From: Eledone cirrhosa
Taxonomy: Eukaryota
Direction: 5' to 3'
DNA length: 64,000 bases
Assembly: GCA_964016885.1 (NCBI GenBank)
Contig: OZ024746.1
Span: 32,488,001 to 32,552,000 of the forward strand
Position numbers and translations under genes: made by a program. Of this stretch, positions 45,304 to 59,381 are shown piece by piece (position 1 is the stretch's first letter; each line of letters begins with the position of its first letter). The notes beneath the pieces are model-generated. The model was not told the DNA's origin. It searched no databases and worked only from the letters and a program-made list of their open reading frames with translations.

Positions 45304-47064
45304 CCGGAACAAATATCACAAACCATTCTATATGACATTTCAACTGTTCTGTCAATTCTCTGCCTTTGTTTTGATAACTTAGACTTAAATGATGGCTTCT
45401 AGCACCGATGGCTGAGTCAGCACCAGGTAATCAGTCAAAAGATCAGTAGAGGGTTTCCATCCTTCTCACATTGCCACACCACCAAGAAACAGATACTTCT
45501 CAGCGGCCTAATCAGCTTAGCTGAAAGATTATTCCGTATTATACAATACTATATAGATACTTGTTGATTCTGTGGTTGTGGTTGTTTATCTATTATCAGA
45601 AAAGCACCCACGACCAAAATAACCCCAATTGCTTGCGCCCCATATTTCCTTTAGATGCAATGCACTGAAGATCACATCCCTTATCGTGATATACTACTTT
45701 TATAATAGTGTTGACGGTTGATTTGCAGAAAATTTGGTTGATATTTCTGCTGTGAGAGATATTTGGTTATTCATGTTCTTAGCAGAGGTATGGTTCGGGT
45801 TGCTTGTAGTACCAAGGTCAATTCTTCCTGTGTGGAAAAATAAAAAAAACTACCTGCTATTGATTAACGTCCAATCAAGGAGTCCTGTGCGTTTCATCAG
45901 TTCAATGTCACGACAAACATATATAAGCAACGACCCATGTGAATTTGAACTTCTCTCTCGTCGCCCAAAAGCTTAGGATGACTTATTGAGAGCTTAACTT
46001 TAAATAACGGCCAGGTCAATGTGATGCCGAACTGCGAACTGAAGGATAGAGATTTCGCTTCAGGTCACCCGGTTACCACTCTGAGAACCTCTGGTTTAGA
46101 GTGACAGAAAGGCCGTACAAAATATTTGTCGTATTTTGTTTTCTCTCAATTCTTTCTGCGACGAAATCCTATCAGCGTGGACGTTACCATTCATCATTCC
46201 GAGATCGATAAAATTATGTAGCTGTCAAGTAATGAAATCAATTAAATCGATTACAACACATTCTCCCCTTTTCCCACAAACTTCTGGTTTTGTGTTAATA
46301 TAAGAAATCGTTAATTAGCTACTTACTTGAATAAATAATTAATTACAAACACATTAATTTGCTACTTCATTTATTTACTTGTCTATCGATTTCTGTAATC
46401 TATTTATATATGTCTATTTATCTAATTAACGTTTTCATTATTTTTGTATAACAACAACAGAAGAAGAAGAAGAAGAAGAAGAAGAAGAAGAAGAAGAAGA
46501 AGAAGAAGAAGAAGAAGAAATATTATGAAAATGAATTTAGAAATATTTACTTTTCTCATACATCGTCTGAAATATATAAAATATGAAATGGGACCTGTAA
46601 ACTGACACGAAGCTAAAGATTAAAGGAAAAGTAGAGGACAAGATTATTCAAACATTAAAGTTTTAACATCTTCATTGGAAGAAGACACAGTGTAATGAAG
46701 TAGCGTGAGGATGCTGAAAAGGATTTCCTATGAATATACATTATATGATGAATCACCCCTATCGTGCTGCTTCAATCTCTATTAATTTATACGGCACAAC
46801 TAGTCTTTCTTCCCGCCAAAATATCGAAATGTTTGAAATGAATTAAAAAACTAAAAAAGGGAATCTTGTTTAGTTACTTTGCTCTTTGTTTTCATCTCCA
46901 ACCTTATTTATTCTTGTTGTAAGAGAATTTGATCTCCCTTAAATCACCAAACACCAGGGAATTAACCGATTCTTCAACACCTAAGCACATATTTCTAATT
47001 GATTTATTAGTATCCGATAAGCAGGTAGTTACAATTGAAAACGTGAGTTTAATGAAAACGTAAT

Positions 47065-49710
47065 GACAAAAGCAACATCAGCAGCAGCAACATCAGCAGC
47101 AACATCAGAAGCAGCAACAGTAGCAGCAACAGCATCATCAGCAACAGTAGCACAACAGCAGCAGCAACAGAAGCAGCAGAAGCGGCAATAACAGCAAAAA
47201 TATAGCTAAAAGGCAAGGCGACCACAGCAACTACAACAGCAACATCATCAACAACAGCAGCAGCAGCAACTGTAGCAGCAACTACAACAGCAACATCAGA
47301 GACTATTAAGAACAATAACAACATTATTAATTATGAAAACTAAAACCGCAACAATAGCAACGATGAGAGCAACAATAGTTACAACAACAATAGTTGCTGT
47401 AACAGCAATAGGAATATCATTGGAATAGTTTGTGTGATGAAACAAAAGCAAAAACAAGAAAAATGTCATCATTATCATCATCAATAACAATAACAACATA
47501 AAGTAATAACAGCAATAACAGCAATAACAGCAATAACAGCAATAACAAGAATAACAGCAATAAAAGCAATAACATCAATAACAGCAATAACAGCAATAAC
47601 AGCAATAACAGCAATAACATCAATAACAGCAATAACAGCAATAACAGCAATAACATCAATAACAGCAATAACAGCAATAACAGCAATAACAAGAATAACA
47701 GCAATAAAAGCAATAACATCAATAACAGCAATAACAGCAATAACAGCAATAACAGCAATAACATCAATAACAGCAATAACATCAATAACAGCAATAACAT
47801 CAATAACAGCAATAACAGCAATAACAGCAATAACATCAATAACAGAAATAACAGTAATAACAGCAATAACAGTAATAACAGCAATAACAGCAATAACAGT
47901 AATAGCAGCAATAACAGCTATAACAGTAATAACAACAATAACAGTAGTAACAGTAATAACAGCAATAACAGTAATAACAGTAGTAACAGTAATAACAGCA
48001 ATAACAGCAATAACAGTAATAACAGAAATAACAGAAATAACAGCAATAACAGTAATAACAGTAATAAAAGCAATAACAGCAATAACAATAATAACAGTAA
48101 TAACATCAATAATAGCAATAACAATAATAACAGCAATAGCAGTAGTAACAGTAATAACAGCAATAACAGTAATAACAACAATAACAGTAGTAACAGTAAT
48201 AACAGCAATAACAGTAATAACAATAATAACAGCAATAACAGTAATAACAGCAATAACAGTAATAACAATAATAACAGCAATAACAGTAATAACAGTAATA
48301 ACAGTAATAACAGTAATAACAGCAATAACAGTAATAACAGTAATAACATCAATAATAGCAATAACAATAATAACAGCAATAGCAGTAGTACCAGTAATAA
48401 CAGCAATAACAGTAATAACAACAATAACAGTAGTAACAGTAATAACAGCAATAACAGCAATAACAGTAATAACAGTAATAACAGTAATAACAGTAATAAC
48501 AGTAATAACAGCAATAACAGTAATAACAGCAATAACAGAAATAACAATAATAACAGCAATAAAAGTAATAACAGAAATAACAGTAATAACAATAATAACA
48601 GCAATAAGAGCACTAACAGTAATAACAGCAATAACAGAAATAACAGCAATAACAGTAATAACAGCAACAAAAGTAATAACAGAAATAACAATAATAACAG
48701 CAATAAAAGTAATAACAGAAATAACAGTAATAACAATAATAACAGCAATAAAAGTAATAACAGAAATAACAGTAATAACAATAATAACAGCAATAAAAGT
48801 AATAACAGAAATAACAGTAATAACAATAATAACAGCAATAAAAGTAATAACAGAAATAACAATAATAACAGCAATAACAGTAATACCAGAAATAACAGTA
48901 ATAATAAACAGCAATAACAGTAATAACAGCAATAACGGCAATAACAGCAATAACAGTAATAACAGAAATAACAGTAATAACAATAATAACAGCAATAAAA
49001 GTAATAACAGAAATAACAGTAATAACAATAATAACAGTAATAACAGCAATAACAAGAATAACAGCAATAAAAGCAATAACATAAATAACAGTAATAACAA
49101 TAATAACAGTAATAACAGCAATAACAGTAATAACAGCAATAACAGCAATAACAAAAAAACAGCAATAACAGCAATAACAGTAATAACAGAAATAACAGTA
49201 ATAACAATAATAACAGCAATAAAAGTAATAACAGCAATAAAAGTAATAATAGAAATAACAGAAATAACAGTAATAACAGAAATAACAGTAATAACAGCAA
49301 TAACAGCAATAACAGTAATAACAGTAATAACAGAAATAACAGTAATAACAGAAATAACAGTAATAACAGTAATAACAGCAATAAAAGTAATAGCAGAAAT
49401 AACAGTAATAACAATAATAACAGTAATAACAGCAATAACAGCAATAACAGCAATAACAGAAATAACAGCAATAAAAGTAATAACAAAAATAACAGTAATA
49501 ACAGAAATAACAGTAATAACAATAATAACAGCAATAACAGCAATAGCAGCAATACCAATAATAACCATAGTCATACGATAACGATAAAATAACAGCAGAA
49601 CCACAACACAGAAAGAACAAGAACACCATATCAAACAGAAAAAAGTAAAAGCTAACAATAACAACAATGACGACAATTACAACAACAACAATAATAACAG
49701 CAACAACATC
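47065..49710. repeat. Degenerate 9-bp (AATAACAGN)n and triplet repeat array
   Basis: aataacagc / aataacagt / aataacaga units over ~2 kb, with (AAC/AGC)n flanks. Confidence 0.93.
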
Positions 49711-50394
49711 CATGTTGTAATGTCCAGTTTGTGTGTCAGCCGAATAACTTATAATTCTACAAGAGAATCAGTCTAAACTGTCGATGATTGATTTGTAGGA
49801 GATAACAAGCAGTTGACTGAACCCACCCTCAGTATATGACTGGTGAGGTTGTCTTATGGCGAAACGAGACAATCAATCAGAAAAGGCGTGCGTTGTAGAG
49901 TTAAGTCTACTCTAAGCTGAAGGCTCATCAGGTCGGTGCTTGTCCCCAGTTTTCTTGGCGTTAAGCGACTGAGAGTGAGTACCAGCAGTAACTGGGGAGT
50001 TAAACCTGCGATAGGCCACCGTCCTGTCCAGGGGACTTTGTAGAGCTCTAAGTAAACTGTTGGAGATCCGTATCTGTGAGTCTGTCTCGATACAAATTAT
50101 CCGATGACACAAATTCACTTTACATCATTGTAATTGAGCGTTGTAAACCATTATTTCTACCACTTATAAAGTTGCAGTCTCTTGTTTGTCTGCCCTTTTC
50201 CAATAGGGTCGCTTGTGACAACGCTGAAGATTTGCGATTGAAAATGAAAAAGACATTGGAGTTATTTCCAACTACATTCTCAAAGCTAGCAAGACGACTT
50301 CAACTTAATGCAACGATTCAACGAGAAACTACTGCTGGTTCTGGCTGCAGTGAAAATACTACCACACAGTGATTGAGTATAGAGGGTTTTGGCC

Positions 50395-51435
50395 ATGGAT
50401 TCAACGAGGGGGCGTTTACAGGGTATGACCCACGAGATTGTCAGAACCTTATCAACTCAACCATCTATGCACACAATAAACCATTTAACAATGTCAAATA
50501 CATATTCCAATGAAACAATGCCATTAATATTTAATTCTGAGAACGAACCACTTCGAATAATACTTATTACAATTTACTATTTGCTATTAATACCAGTTTT
50601 CGGTGGGAACTTGTTAATAATCACCACAATTAAATGCAAACAGCTGCACACTAGAACCAATTCCCTGGTAGCCAACAACTCTTGCAGCGATATGCTTTTC
50701 GGAACATTTTTTATAGTTTACGAAATAATCCTGTTACATTTAAATAGATTAATTCCGGGGCAAACCTTAGAAGTTACTTATCTAATATTTTTTAGTATCG
50801 GAATTTCTATATCTTTAACCAATCTACTTTTGATAACAGCCGAACGGTATTTTTCGGTGTTATGGCCGTTTTGTTACGAGGCACATGTGACTAAAAAAAG
50901 TATCATAGCTGCCATAAGTATGTCATGGCTAGTGAATATTCCGATTTGTACAGCTTCCTGGTTTCTAGAAGTTAAACTACAAGCAATCAAAGAAAAACTC
51001 GTGGAACATCCTGTATTTGTCGATTCCACCGTATACGATTATGTTTGGCTTTCATTTTGTCTACTCGAGTTTACTTTGTCAATATATTTTTATGCTAGAG
51101 TGATATGTGTTAGCTGGCAACAATTGAAAACAATCCATCGGAACAATAGTATAAACGATTGGTTAGCCAGACGAGACTTACACAAGGCAAAAAGAAGGTC
51201 TTTGTTTCTGGGTGCGTTCATTGTATTATGGTCACCAATATTTTGTTTCAAGATTTTGCGACAGTTTTGTCAGGATATACTTCCCACAGAATTACTGACT
51301 AGATTCAGTAACTTTCTAGTAAAGTTGAACTATTGTATACATTTCTTTGTCTATGCCGCCACAAAGACTTATCGTTTGGCATTCAAAGACATTTTCTGTA
51401 CGCACCGGGTTTCGTCGCGCGTATTTGCACTCTGA
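50395..51435 (+). CDS. Intronless rhodopsin-family (class A) 7TM GPCR, orphan
   Basis: Seven hydrophobic segments: TM1 GGN, TM2 SCSD, TM3 AERY followed by P..Y, TM4 SW, TM6 F..LWSP, TM7 NYCIHFFVY, then helix-8 YRLAF. First ATG is in a GCCATGG context, but a later ATG is possible. Confidence 0.88.
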   Translation: MDSTRGRLQGMTHEIVRTLSTQPSMHTINHLTMSNTYSNETMPLIFNSENEPLRIILITIYYLLLIPVFGGNLLIITTIKCKQLHTRTNSLVANNSCSDMLFGTFFIVYEIILLHLNRLIPGQTLEVTYLIFFSIGISISLTNLLLITAERYFSVLWPFCYEAHVTKKSIIAAISMSWLVNIPICTASWFLEVKLQAIKEKLVEHPVFVDSTVYDYVWLSFCLLEFTLSIYFYARVICVSWQQLKTIHRNNSINDWLARRDLHKAKRRSLFLGAFIVLWSPIFCFKILRQFCQDILPTELLTRFSNFLVKLNYCIHFFVYAATKTYRLAFKDIFCTHRVSSRVFAL

Positions 51436-51440
51436 ATGAT

Positions 51441-51446
51441 AATAAA
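51441..51446 (+). promoter_or_regulatory. Candidate polyadenylation signal of the GPCR
   Basis: AATAAA 5 nt after the stop codon; may be chance in AT-rich DNA. Confidence 0.3.
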
Positions 51447-51469
51447 GATTTACTATTGTTGGTGCTGTG

Positions 51470-51484
51470 TTATTGTTGTTGTTG

Positions 51485-51562
<78 letters not shown>

Positions 51563-51700
51563 CTTCTTCTTCTTCTTCTTCTTCTTCTTCTTCTTCTTCT
51601 TCTTCTTCTTCTTCTTCTTCTTCTTCTTCTTCTTCTTCTTCTTCTTCTTCTTCTTCTTCTTCTTCTTCTTCTTCTTCTTCTTCTTCTTCTTCTTCTTCTC
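51470..51700. repeat. Compound (TTG)(CTA)(TTC)n microsatellite
   Basis: Directly visible; abuts the 5' truncation point of the first LINE. Confidence 0.95.
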
Positions 51701-53561
51701 ATTCCCAGTTTTGTGAACCGGGGAGCGGTGACGCTGCTGAGAAAAGACCCGAACAAGGGGGATGTTATCGATAATTTCAGGCCCATAACTCTGCTAAACG
51801 CAGAGTTCAAGATTTTGGCCAAGGTGTTAACAACGAGGTTGGCGCTTGTCGTCAAGGGTCTGGTGGGAGAGGCGCAGACATGCGCCATTCCGGACAGATC
51901 CATACACGACAACCTCCACCTCATGCGATACATCATAGAGAGGGTGGTTAAGGAACCTGGCACGGGTGGGGCCCTGATCTACTTGGATCAATCTAAAGCA
52001 TTCGATAGGGTCGCCCATCGGTACCTGCCGGCGGTCCTCGAGGCAGCCGGTTTCGGGCCCATTTTTAGGGGTTGGATCGCTGCGATGTACAGCGACATCT
52101 GCTCAGTTGTGAGGGTGAACGGTCGCAGCCGTCGCAGCATCATGCGCTCGGTCCGCCAGGGTTGTCCCCTCTCGTCCCTCTTGTACGAATTGGCTCTCGA
52201 GCCGTTACTGCACAAACTGGGGGCGATGAGGGGTGTCCCACGCGAACTAGGATGCGGGAAATCCGAGTCAGCTTACGCCGACGACGTCACTGTGGTGGTG
52301 TTGAGCACCAGACACGTCCAGATGCTCGGCACCGCTCTCAAGGAATATGAAGCGGTGACAGGGGCAAAGGTTAACCAGGAAAAGTCGGTGGGCTTGCAGC
52401 TCGGCACCTGGAGAGGCAAGTCCATGCCGTCCGACGGCGTCGTGGGGCGTTGGACGGACGGACCGGTTAAATTGCTCGGGGTCTGGTTCGGACCGGACCT
52501 CCAGATGGAGAAAAACTGGAACGAAGTGACGAGCAAGGTGGCCTCCCTCACCCAGAAATGGGCCGAGAGGAAGCTGTTCCTGAAAGACCGGGCGGAGGTG
52601 GCGAATGCGTAGATCGCATCCGTCATCTGCTACCGCCTCACCGTCGTCCCTTGCCCCGGCCCAACTCTCACCAAAATGGAGCGCCCCCTCTTCCGCTTTT
52701 TGTGGAAGGGACGCACTCCCATGGTCAGACGACCCATCTGCTGTCAACACCCGTTGCGTGGAGGACTGGGCATGCCATGGCTGATGATGCGCAAACATGC
52801 GCTGAGGCTGCGACATCTCTGGTGCTTCCTTGACGGTGAACAGGTGTGGTCGCCGTTCGCCAGGCACGTTTTCCGACAGCTCGTCTCCTTGACGAAGCAG
52901 CAGTCCTGGGTCAGAAAAAGACCGAGGCATAGCGCTTGGAAACTGGAATGTCTCCAAGCGCTCACTGCCCACTGCACCACTATCGGTGGAACATCCACCT
53001 CGGCGTTCTATACAGGACTAGAAGGGCAGGTGGTTTTCATTTGCTTGGTGGCCATGGCGAAAGAGATTGTGTGGTGGACAAGGTTGAAAGGGTTAAAGAC
53101 AGACACTTTCCTCTTCGGCGAATCCCTAATTAACTTTTTCAAGTTTCAATTGAAGAGGAAAATCAGGGTGGAGAGGCAAGTGCTGCCAAATTTGATGAAA
53201 GGTGGGTGAATGTAGCCAGAATAGTCGAGTGAACGGGACCGCTCTGAATATACGTCTGTAGTTTGAGAAATGGAAAAATTGAGAGAGGGCGCTTGCCCTG
53301 GTGGTCAGGGTGGCCGTGGTCTTTTGTGTGGTTTTCGCCACGAGTAACCCTCGGAGGTTTCCCCTCTAATGGGGAATTTTTCATTGTTTCAATTTTCATT
53401 TTTATTGTTTATATATATATATGTTTCTATGTCTTTTTTTCTTTTCTAATATAAATAATAAAACTATATACACGTACAAAACCCACATCGTACCGCCCTG
53501 TACCGTCCTGTGCCGTCTGTAATGTTTTTCTTGATGTCAGCCCTTGTGGCCAATAAATAAA

Positions 53562-53622
<61 letters not shown>
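51701..53622 (+). mobile_element. L1/Tx1-clade LINE copy A, 5'-truncated and decayed
   Basis: RT motifs NFRPITLLNAEFKI, DQSKAFDRV, QGCPLS, YADD. Internal stop at 52610-52612 and a C-terminal deletion. cccttgtggccAATAAA (53552) then (ATT)n. Confidence 0.92.
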
Positions 53623-53625
<3 letters not shown>

Positions 53626-53626
<1 letters not shown>

Positions 53627-56600
53627 ATTGGTCTGAGCGGACGTATTTTGCTCGCTCCCAGTAAGTCGCTTTATTTGCCTGTTAAAATTATTTGTTGTTA
53701 AATATTTCTTGTTGTGTAAGGGATATAAGCCCTTAGACTTTGCCCTGTGAAGGGGAAAGTATAATATTTGGGCCTTTTGGCCCAAATATTTGAATTTTTT
53801 TTACATGTTAAAACATTTACGGAGAAAAAAAACATGGCTGAGCCCCCCCCCCCCCCCCCTCCCAGCGATATGTCTGCTGTCGTGCGACAACGACGTGGAA
53901 GTTGAGAGGAGCGCTACAGCGAAATTAACACAAATTGATAACACAAATACCACTACAAACAATGTAAACAAAGACACCAATGATACCAATGAGAACTCTA
54001 ATTTTGAAAAAAATGACAGTAACAGCGACAACGAAAATACAGATAACAACAAAAAAAAATAACAAATACAACAACAATATAAACACCACTAACATGAAAA
54101 CAAATAGCGACAACACCAACAGCAACAATACCAACTGCACCGAGAACAACGGTGGCAGCAAAGACAACAATGATAACAGCGACAGTGGTAACAACAACAC
54201 CAACAAGAACAACGACAACGACCACAACACCCCCAACGAAAACAAGAAGAACACTTTCGCTGCGGCAGCAGCAAAAAAGAGGCCATGCTTCAACATGGAC
54301 CTCTCAAACAAAGATGAAAAGTTGGCCCAGGCATGGAAGCTCATCAAGCAAGAGCAAACCTGGGCCAACTTAACTGTCCCGGTAGAAGCTATTGAGGCAG
54401 TGGAGCGCAGAACGGTGCATTATAGATGCATCTCAGCACAAACCAAAAGGGTAGCTTTAATCCCACAAGAAGATGTCGAAGTCGCGCTGAGGTGCATCAG
54501 AGATGACACCGAATACATAGAGAGGGGCAGACAGTACGGCACCATTTCGGTGTTGTTCAAGTCAGAAGCCCTCGCTATGAAACACGCTATGACTCCTTGC
54601 AAAACCAGCAAGGTCATAATGTATCCCTCCCACATGGGAAAAAGAACGGCCCGTCTCCGCATTCCTAGAATCCCATCAGGACTTGACATGTGGTGGCTTC
54701 TGGAATATTGTGATTGTGGAGGGGATGGATACCGTCCCTATAGAAGTGACCAGAACGGCCAGAGAGGACTGGTCCGGGGTGATCTGGAGATCCTTCTCCA
54801 GATCAGGCCCGAGAATGTGAAGACAATCCCGGACCACACCCGCCTTCAGAATGGGACGGTCATTCACATTATGACCGAAGGCAAAAGGCCGCAGTGTTTT
54901 GTTTGTGGGGAAAAAACCCATTTGCGAACCTTCTGCCCGCAACTGCTGAAAGGGGCAAGGGGTCGAAAGGCTCCACTGCTGCCGACGCCGGGGCGAGGAC
55001 CACAACCAACACCAGCACCGGCAAAACCACCAACAACAACACCAATAGAAAGACCACTACCAACATTGACCACCCAGGGGGGAAACGAGGAAAGCTGTCA
55101 AATTCCCCCCCCCCCCCCAAATACACACACCAATAAAACCATAAACATACATACAGACACACTTACAGACACAGACCCCTCATCTACCAGTAGTGAAGAT
55201 GAGGGAAAACCAAAATCCCCCAAAATACAAAAAAGGAAACACAAAAAGAGAAAAAAACCTCAACAAAGCACAAAATCACCCACAATAAAAAAACGCAGAC
55301 ACCACCCACGCAAACATCTCTCCAATAACACCAACATCAACACCACCATCACCATCACCAGAAGCCCCCAAACGCAAACAACCTAAACAGACGCAAGAAC
55401 AAATATACACACAAACATCTGAAACCACAGACACCGCACTTACAACAAACGCAGATACAACCGAAACAACACAACCAAAACCATCACCACCACAGCCACG
55501 CAAACAAATAAAATCACACCAACAAAACATACAAAACTTCGTGCTCGTCAGGAGGGCCAACAAGGAACTGATGGCCCTCATAGCACGAAGTGAAAATATA
55601 CAAAAAGAGGGGGACATTTTTAAATCGAGCATATTTCGCGTGCCGGAAGATTTGGTTCTGGTGCGAATGTCGCTCGATATATTCAAAGAAATGCGAGACA
55701 GCTTTCCTCGGGACGTGGGAACCCCGAACGTAAAACCCACTTCAAGACTTTTAAAGGGGTTCCCAAAAGAAACTCCACCAACTATGGAGGTCGAACAACC
55801 CGACCTTCACAAGAGCCCGGAAGGTAAGTAAACCTTCCGCTCTCTCTTTTTAACCTGCCAACATGGCCGTATTAAGAGTAGGATGTTTAAATGTTCGAGG
55901 CCTGGGATCGTCCTGGAAGCAGGGTCACCTGCTCAACGACCGCAGGTCTATAGAAATGGATGTAATTGCCGTCAGCGAGACCAGGATTTCCGACACGCGC
56001 GCACTATCCACCATTTTTGACGACTATCAGATCTTTGCATCTGTTAGCCGGCCGGGAATGGGAGGCGGGTTGGCAGTGCTGTTTAGGAAAAGCCTGGATC
56101 TCGAGGTAAGGTCGATCTTCCGGGACCCGGACGGGAAGTTGGTGGTCCTGGACGTGAACAATAACGAAGGTGGTGCCTTTAGACTGGTGGCCGTCTATGC
56201 TCCTACTGGGGAAGGACGGCCGGACTTCTTAGACGCCTGGAAGCCTTTCTGGGTACGTCTCGCCCTTTACTGTTAGCGGGGGACTGGAACGGCATCTTAG
56301 ACGCACGCTGGGACTGTGTGGGAGTATCCGATAGGAGCGGGGGGTGCAAAAGCCTCAAGAACCTGATCAGCCAGTTCAAACTGTCTGACAGGTACCGACT
56401 ATATTTCCCTAATGCGCCAGTGTGGAACTGGGCTAACCGCATAGGGTCATCTAGATTGTATATAGACAGGATATTCATTAGGAAAATAGACAGAAATAGT
56501 GTAAGCTGTCCACGTTTTGAAACGGTCGCCTATTCAGATCACAAGTTTATGATCTGTATGGTCGACCTAGATAAGACGCGTAGGTTAGGACCTGGGTACT

Positions 56601-59343
56601 GGAAGCTAAACATGTCATTTCCGGCACGTAAGGCTTACAGGGACCAGGTCAACAATTTAGTTAAGAAAAAGTTGACAGGGGAAGTCGTCAACAATAGATG
56701 GTGAGGGGCTCTCAAAAGAGAGATTAGAGTAATGTCGATAGAGTTTAGCAAAGAAGTAGCGTTAGAGAAAAATAGAAAGGAGAGGGAGTTGGTAGATAAG
56801 TTAACGAGGCTATTGGTGCTAGCGGCGAGAATGGCATTAGACGATTTCTTCAATGCGAAACACGAAGGTTGCACTGTCAGAGCTAAGGCGCGTGCTCTGA
56901 GAAACGAGGGAACCAAAGCTGTTCGATGGGCCCGCGTGGCAGAGGCGCAGCGTGGTAATAAAACCACGATTCGGTCTTTGACGGACCGAGACGGGCATGA
57001 GCTGAGCGATTCCAAGAGGATGTGTGAGGCCTTTCGCCAACATTTTGCTCGGTTGTTCGGGGGAAGTGGCGGGTCAGAGATGGTGGCGGACTTCAGTCCC
57101 TACCTCGATGGCTTGCCGCAACTCTCGACGGCTGACACTGGGCGCTGCGAAAGGCCAATTACTTCAGCCGAGATTCAGGATGCCCTTGTTGGCTGCATGA
57201 GGCGCAAGTCACCCGGTTTGGATGGTCTGCCCTACGAGCTTTACGTAAATATGCCAGACTTGTTCTCCAATCTCCTCGAAGCCCTCTACTGCAACTGGCA
57301 GCAAAACGAGAGTATTCCCAGTTCTGTGAGCCGGGCGTAGTGACGCTGATAAGGAAAGACGAGAACAAGAGGGACACATTAGACAATTTCAGGCCCATAA
57401 CTCTGCTCAACACAGAGTTTAAGATTTTGGCCAGGGTGTTAGCGAAGAGGTTGGCGCTTGTCGCCGGGGATTTGGTTGGGGAGGCGCAAACTTGCGCAAT
57501 CCCAACCAGGTCTATACACGACAACCTCCACCTAATGCGATACATCATAGAGAGGGTAGGGTGTAAACCTGGCTTCGGTGGGGCTCTGATCAATTTAGAT
57601 CAATCGAAAGCATTCGATAGGGTCGACCATCGGTACCTGGAGGCTGTCCTCAAGGCGGCTGGCTTTGGCCCCGTCTTCAGAAGCTGGATCGCTGCAATGC
57701 ACAGCGGCACATGCTCGATGGTCAAAATTAATGGCCACCTCTCGGAACCGTTTCAGGTCTCCCGATCGGTCCGTCAAGGGTGCTCTCTCTCCTCCCTTCT
57801 GTACGTATTGACTCTCGAGCCTTTACTGCGGAAGCTGGAGCTGTTGCAGGGCATCCCGCTCGAACCGGGACGCGGAAAGGCTGTGTCGGCTTATGCGGAC
57901 GACATCACCGTGATGGTGTCGGACACCTCAGAAATCGAGGTGGTCGGCAACTTATTGGAGGAATATGAAAGGTTGACGGGAGCAAAACTTAATCCAGAAA
58001 AGTCAGTAGCCAGTCTCACCCAGAAATGGGCTGGGATGAAGCTATCACTGAAAGGTCGGTCGGAGGTGGCGTTTGACCGTCGTCCCTTGCCCCCGTTCGC
58101 GCCTCGCCATCTTGGAGCGGCTCCTCTTCAAATTCTTGTGGAGGAGTCAGGTTCCGCTCGTGAGGCGGTCCATCTGGTGCCAGCACCCTCTACGTGGAGG
58201 GCTGGGCATACCGTGGCTAATGATGCGCAGGCACATGCTGAGGCTGTGACATCTCCAGATATTCTGCCTAAACGGTGAACAGGTGTGGTCGCCGTTTGTC
58301 AGACGGGCATTTCCGCAGCTCGTTTCTTTGACTGAGCTGCAGTCCTGGGTTAAGAAGAGACCGAGACTGGGTGAGTGGCATCTGGAATGTTGCCAGGCAC
58401 TCTACCAGGCGGGCAATGCGGTCAGTGGAACTTCCACTCTCAAGTTCTATAGAGGATTAGTGGTGGGCAAGTGCAACAACGCACTCGGAGAGGCTCTGGG
58501 AGTCAACGAAGTCGAACTAACCAGTCTGTACCGGAGGACTTTCGAGCCGGGGACGATGGATAATTTCCAAAAATCCCTCGCTTGGCAGTGCTACCGGAGG
58601 GCACTGCCGGTTCGAGATAAACTCTACAGGCACGGAAGTGCTGTCAGACAGACCTGCCCGAGATGCGCGCAGAGCGACGAAACCGTTCTGCACGCACTCG
58701 TCCAGTGTCCGTGCATTACTGACTTGTGGAGTTATGTTGAACAGCTGTTGTCGCGTGTAGAATGGATCCGGCTATCGGCCGAGTCCATAGTGAAGATCGA
58801 CCCGCCGCCTTCTTTTGGCCAGGAAGGGCAGGCAATTTTCCTGTCTGGTGGCTGTAGCGAAAGAGGTTGTATGGTGGACGAGGTTGAAAGGACTGAAGAC
58901 AGACACTTTTCTCTTCGGCCAATCCCTCAACTTTTTCAAGTTTCACTTGGAAAGGAAGGTGAGGGTGAAGAGAGAAGTGCTGCCCCCCAGTACATTTGCT
59001 GAAGGTGGGTGAATGTGGCGAGAATGGCCCGTATGAGTGGGCCTACTCTGGTCATGCGGCTGTAGGTAGGTAAATTTGAGGAGGAGAGGGGGTGCCCTTC
59101 CTGGGTGCTCTCGAAGCGTCGGGTCGTTCAGATTGGTGGGGTACCTGAGCGAACCCTGGGTGGTCATCCCCCCTATTGTGGAATTTTTTCTTGTTGTAAT
59201 TTTATTGTTACTTTATTGTTACTTTGTTATTGTTACTTTGTTATTGTTATTCATATTGTTTACTCGATTTTTCTGTAAAACCCCACTGTCCCAGTCTTTT
59301 GTATTGTCCCCTATATGTCGACCCTTGTGGTCAATAAATGAAA

Positions 59344-59380
<37 letters not shown>
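53626..59380 (+). mobile_element. L1/Tx1-clade LINE copy B, full-length but frameshifted
   Basis: ORF1 ~53834-55831 with CCHC knuckle CFVCGEKTHLRTFC. ORF2 ~55863-59065 with APE (LNVRGL, VSET, VYAP, SDH, GYWKLN), RT (SPGLDG, YADD) and CPRC..H..C finger. AATAAA at 59333, then (ATT)n. Confidence 0.93.

Positions 59381-59381
<1 letters not shown>

Noticed and set aside
47049-49713. 731-aa and 546-aa hydrophobic ORFs and a Cys/Tyr-rich ORF
   Set aside because: Translations of the 9-bp AATAACAGN array.
51467-52612. Poly-Leu plus RT fusion ORF
   Set aside because: The poly-Leu is the (CTA)(CTT)n microsatellite read into a 5'-truncated LINE; there is no ATG-based evidence for a real fusion.
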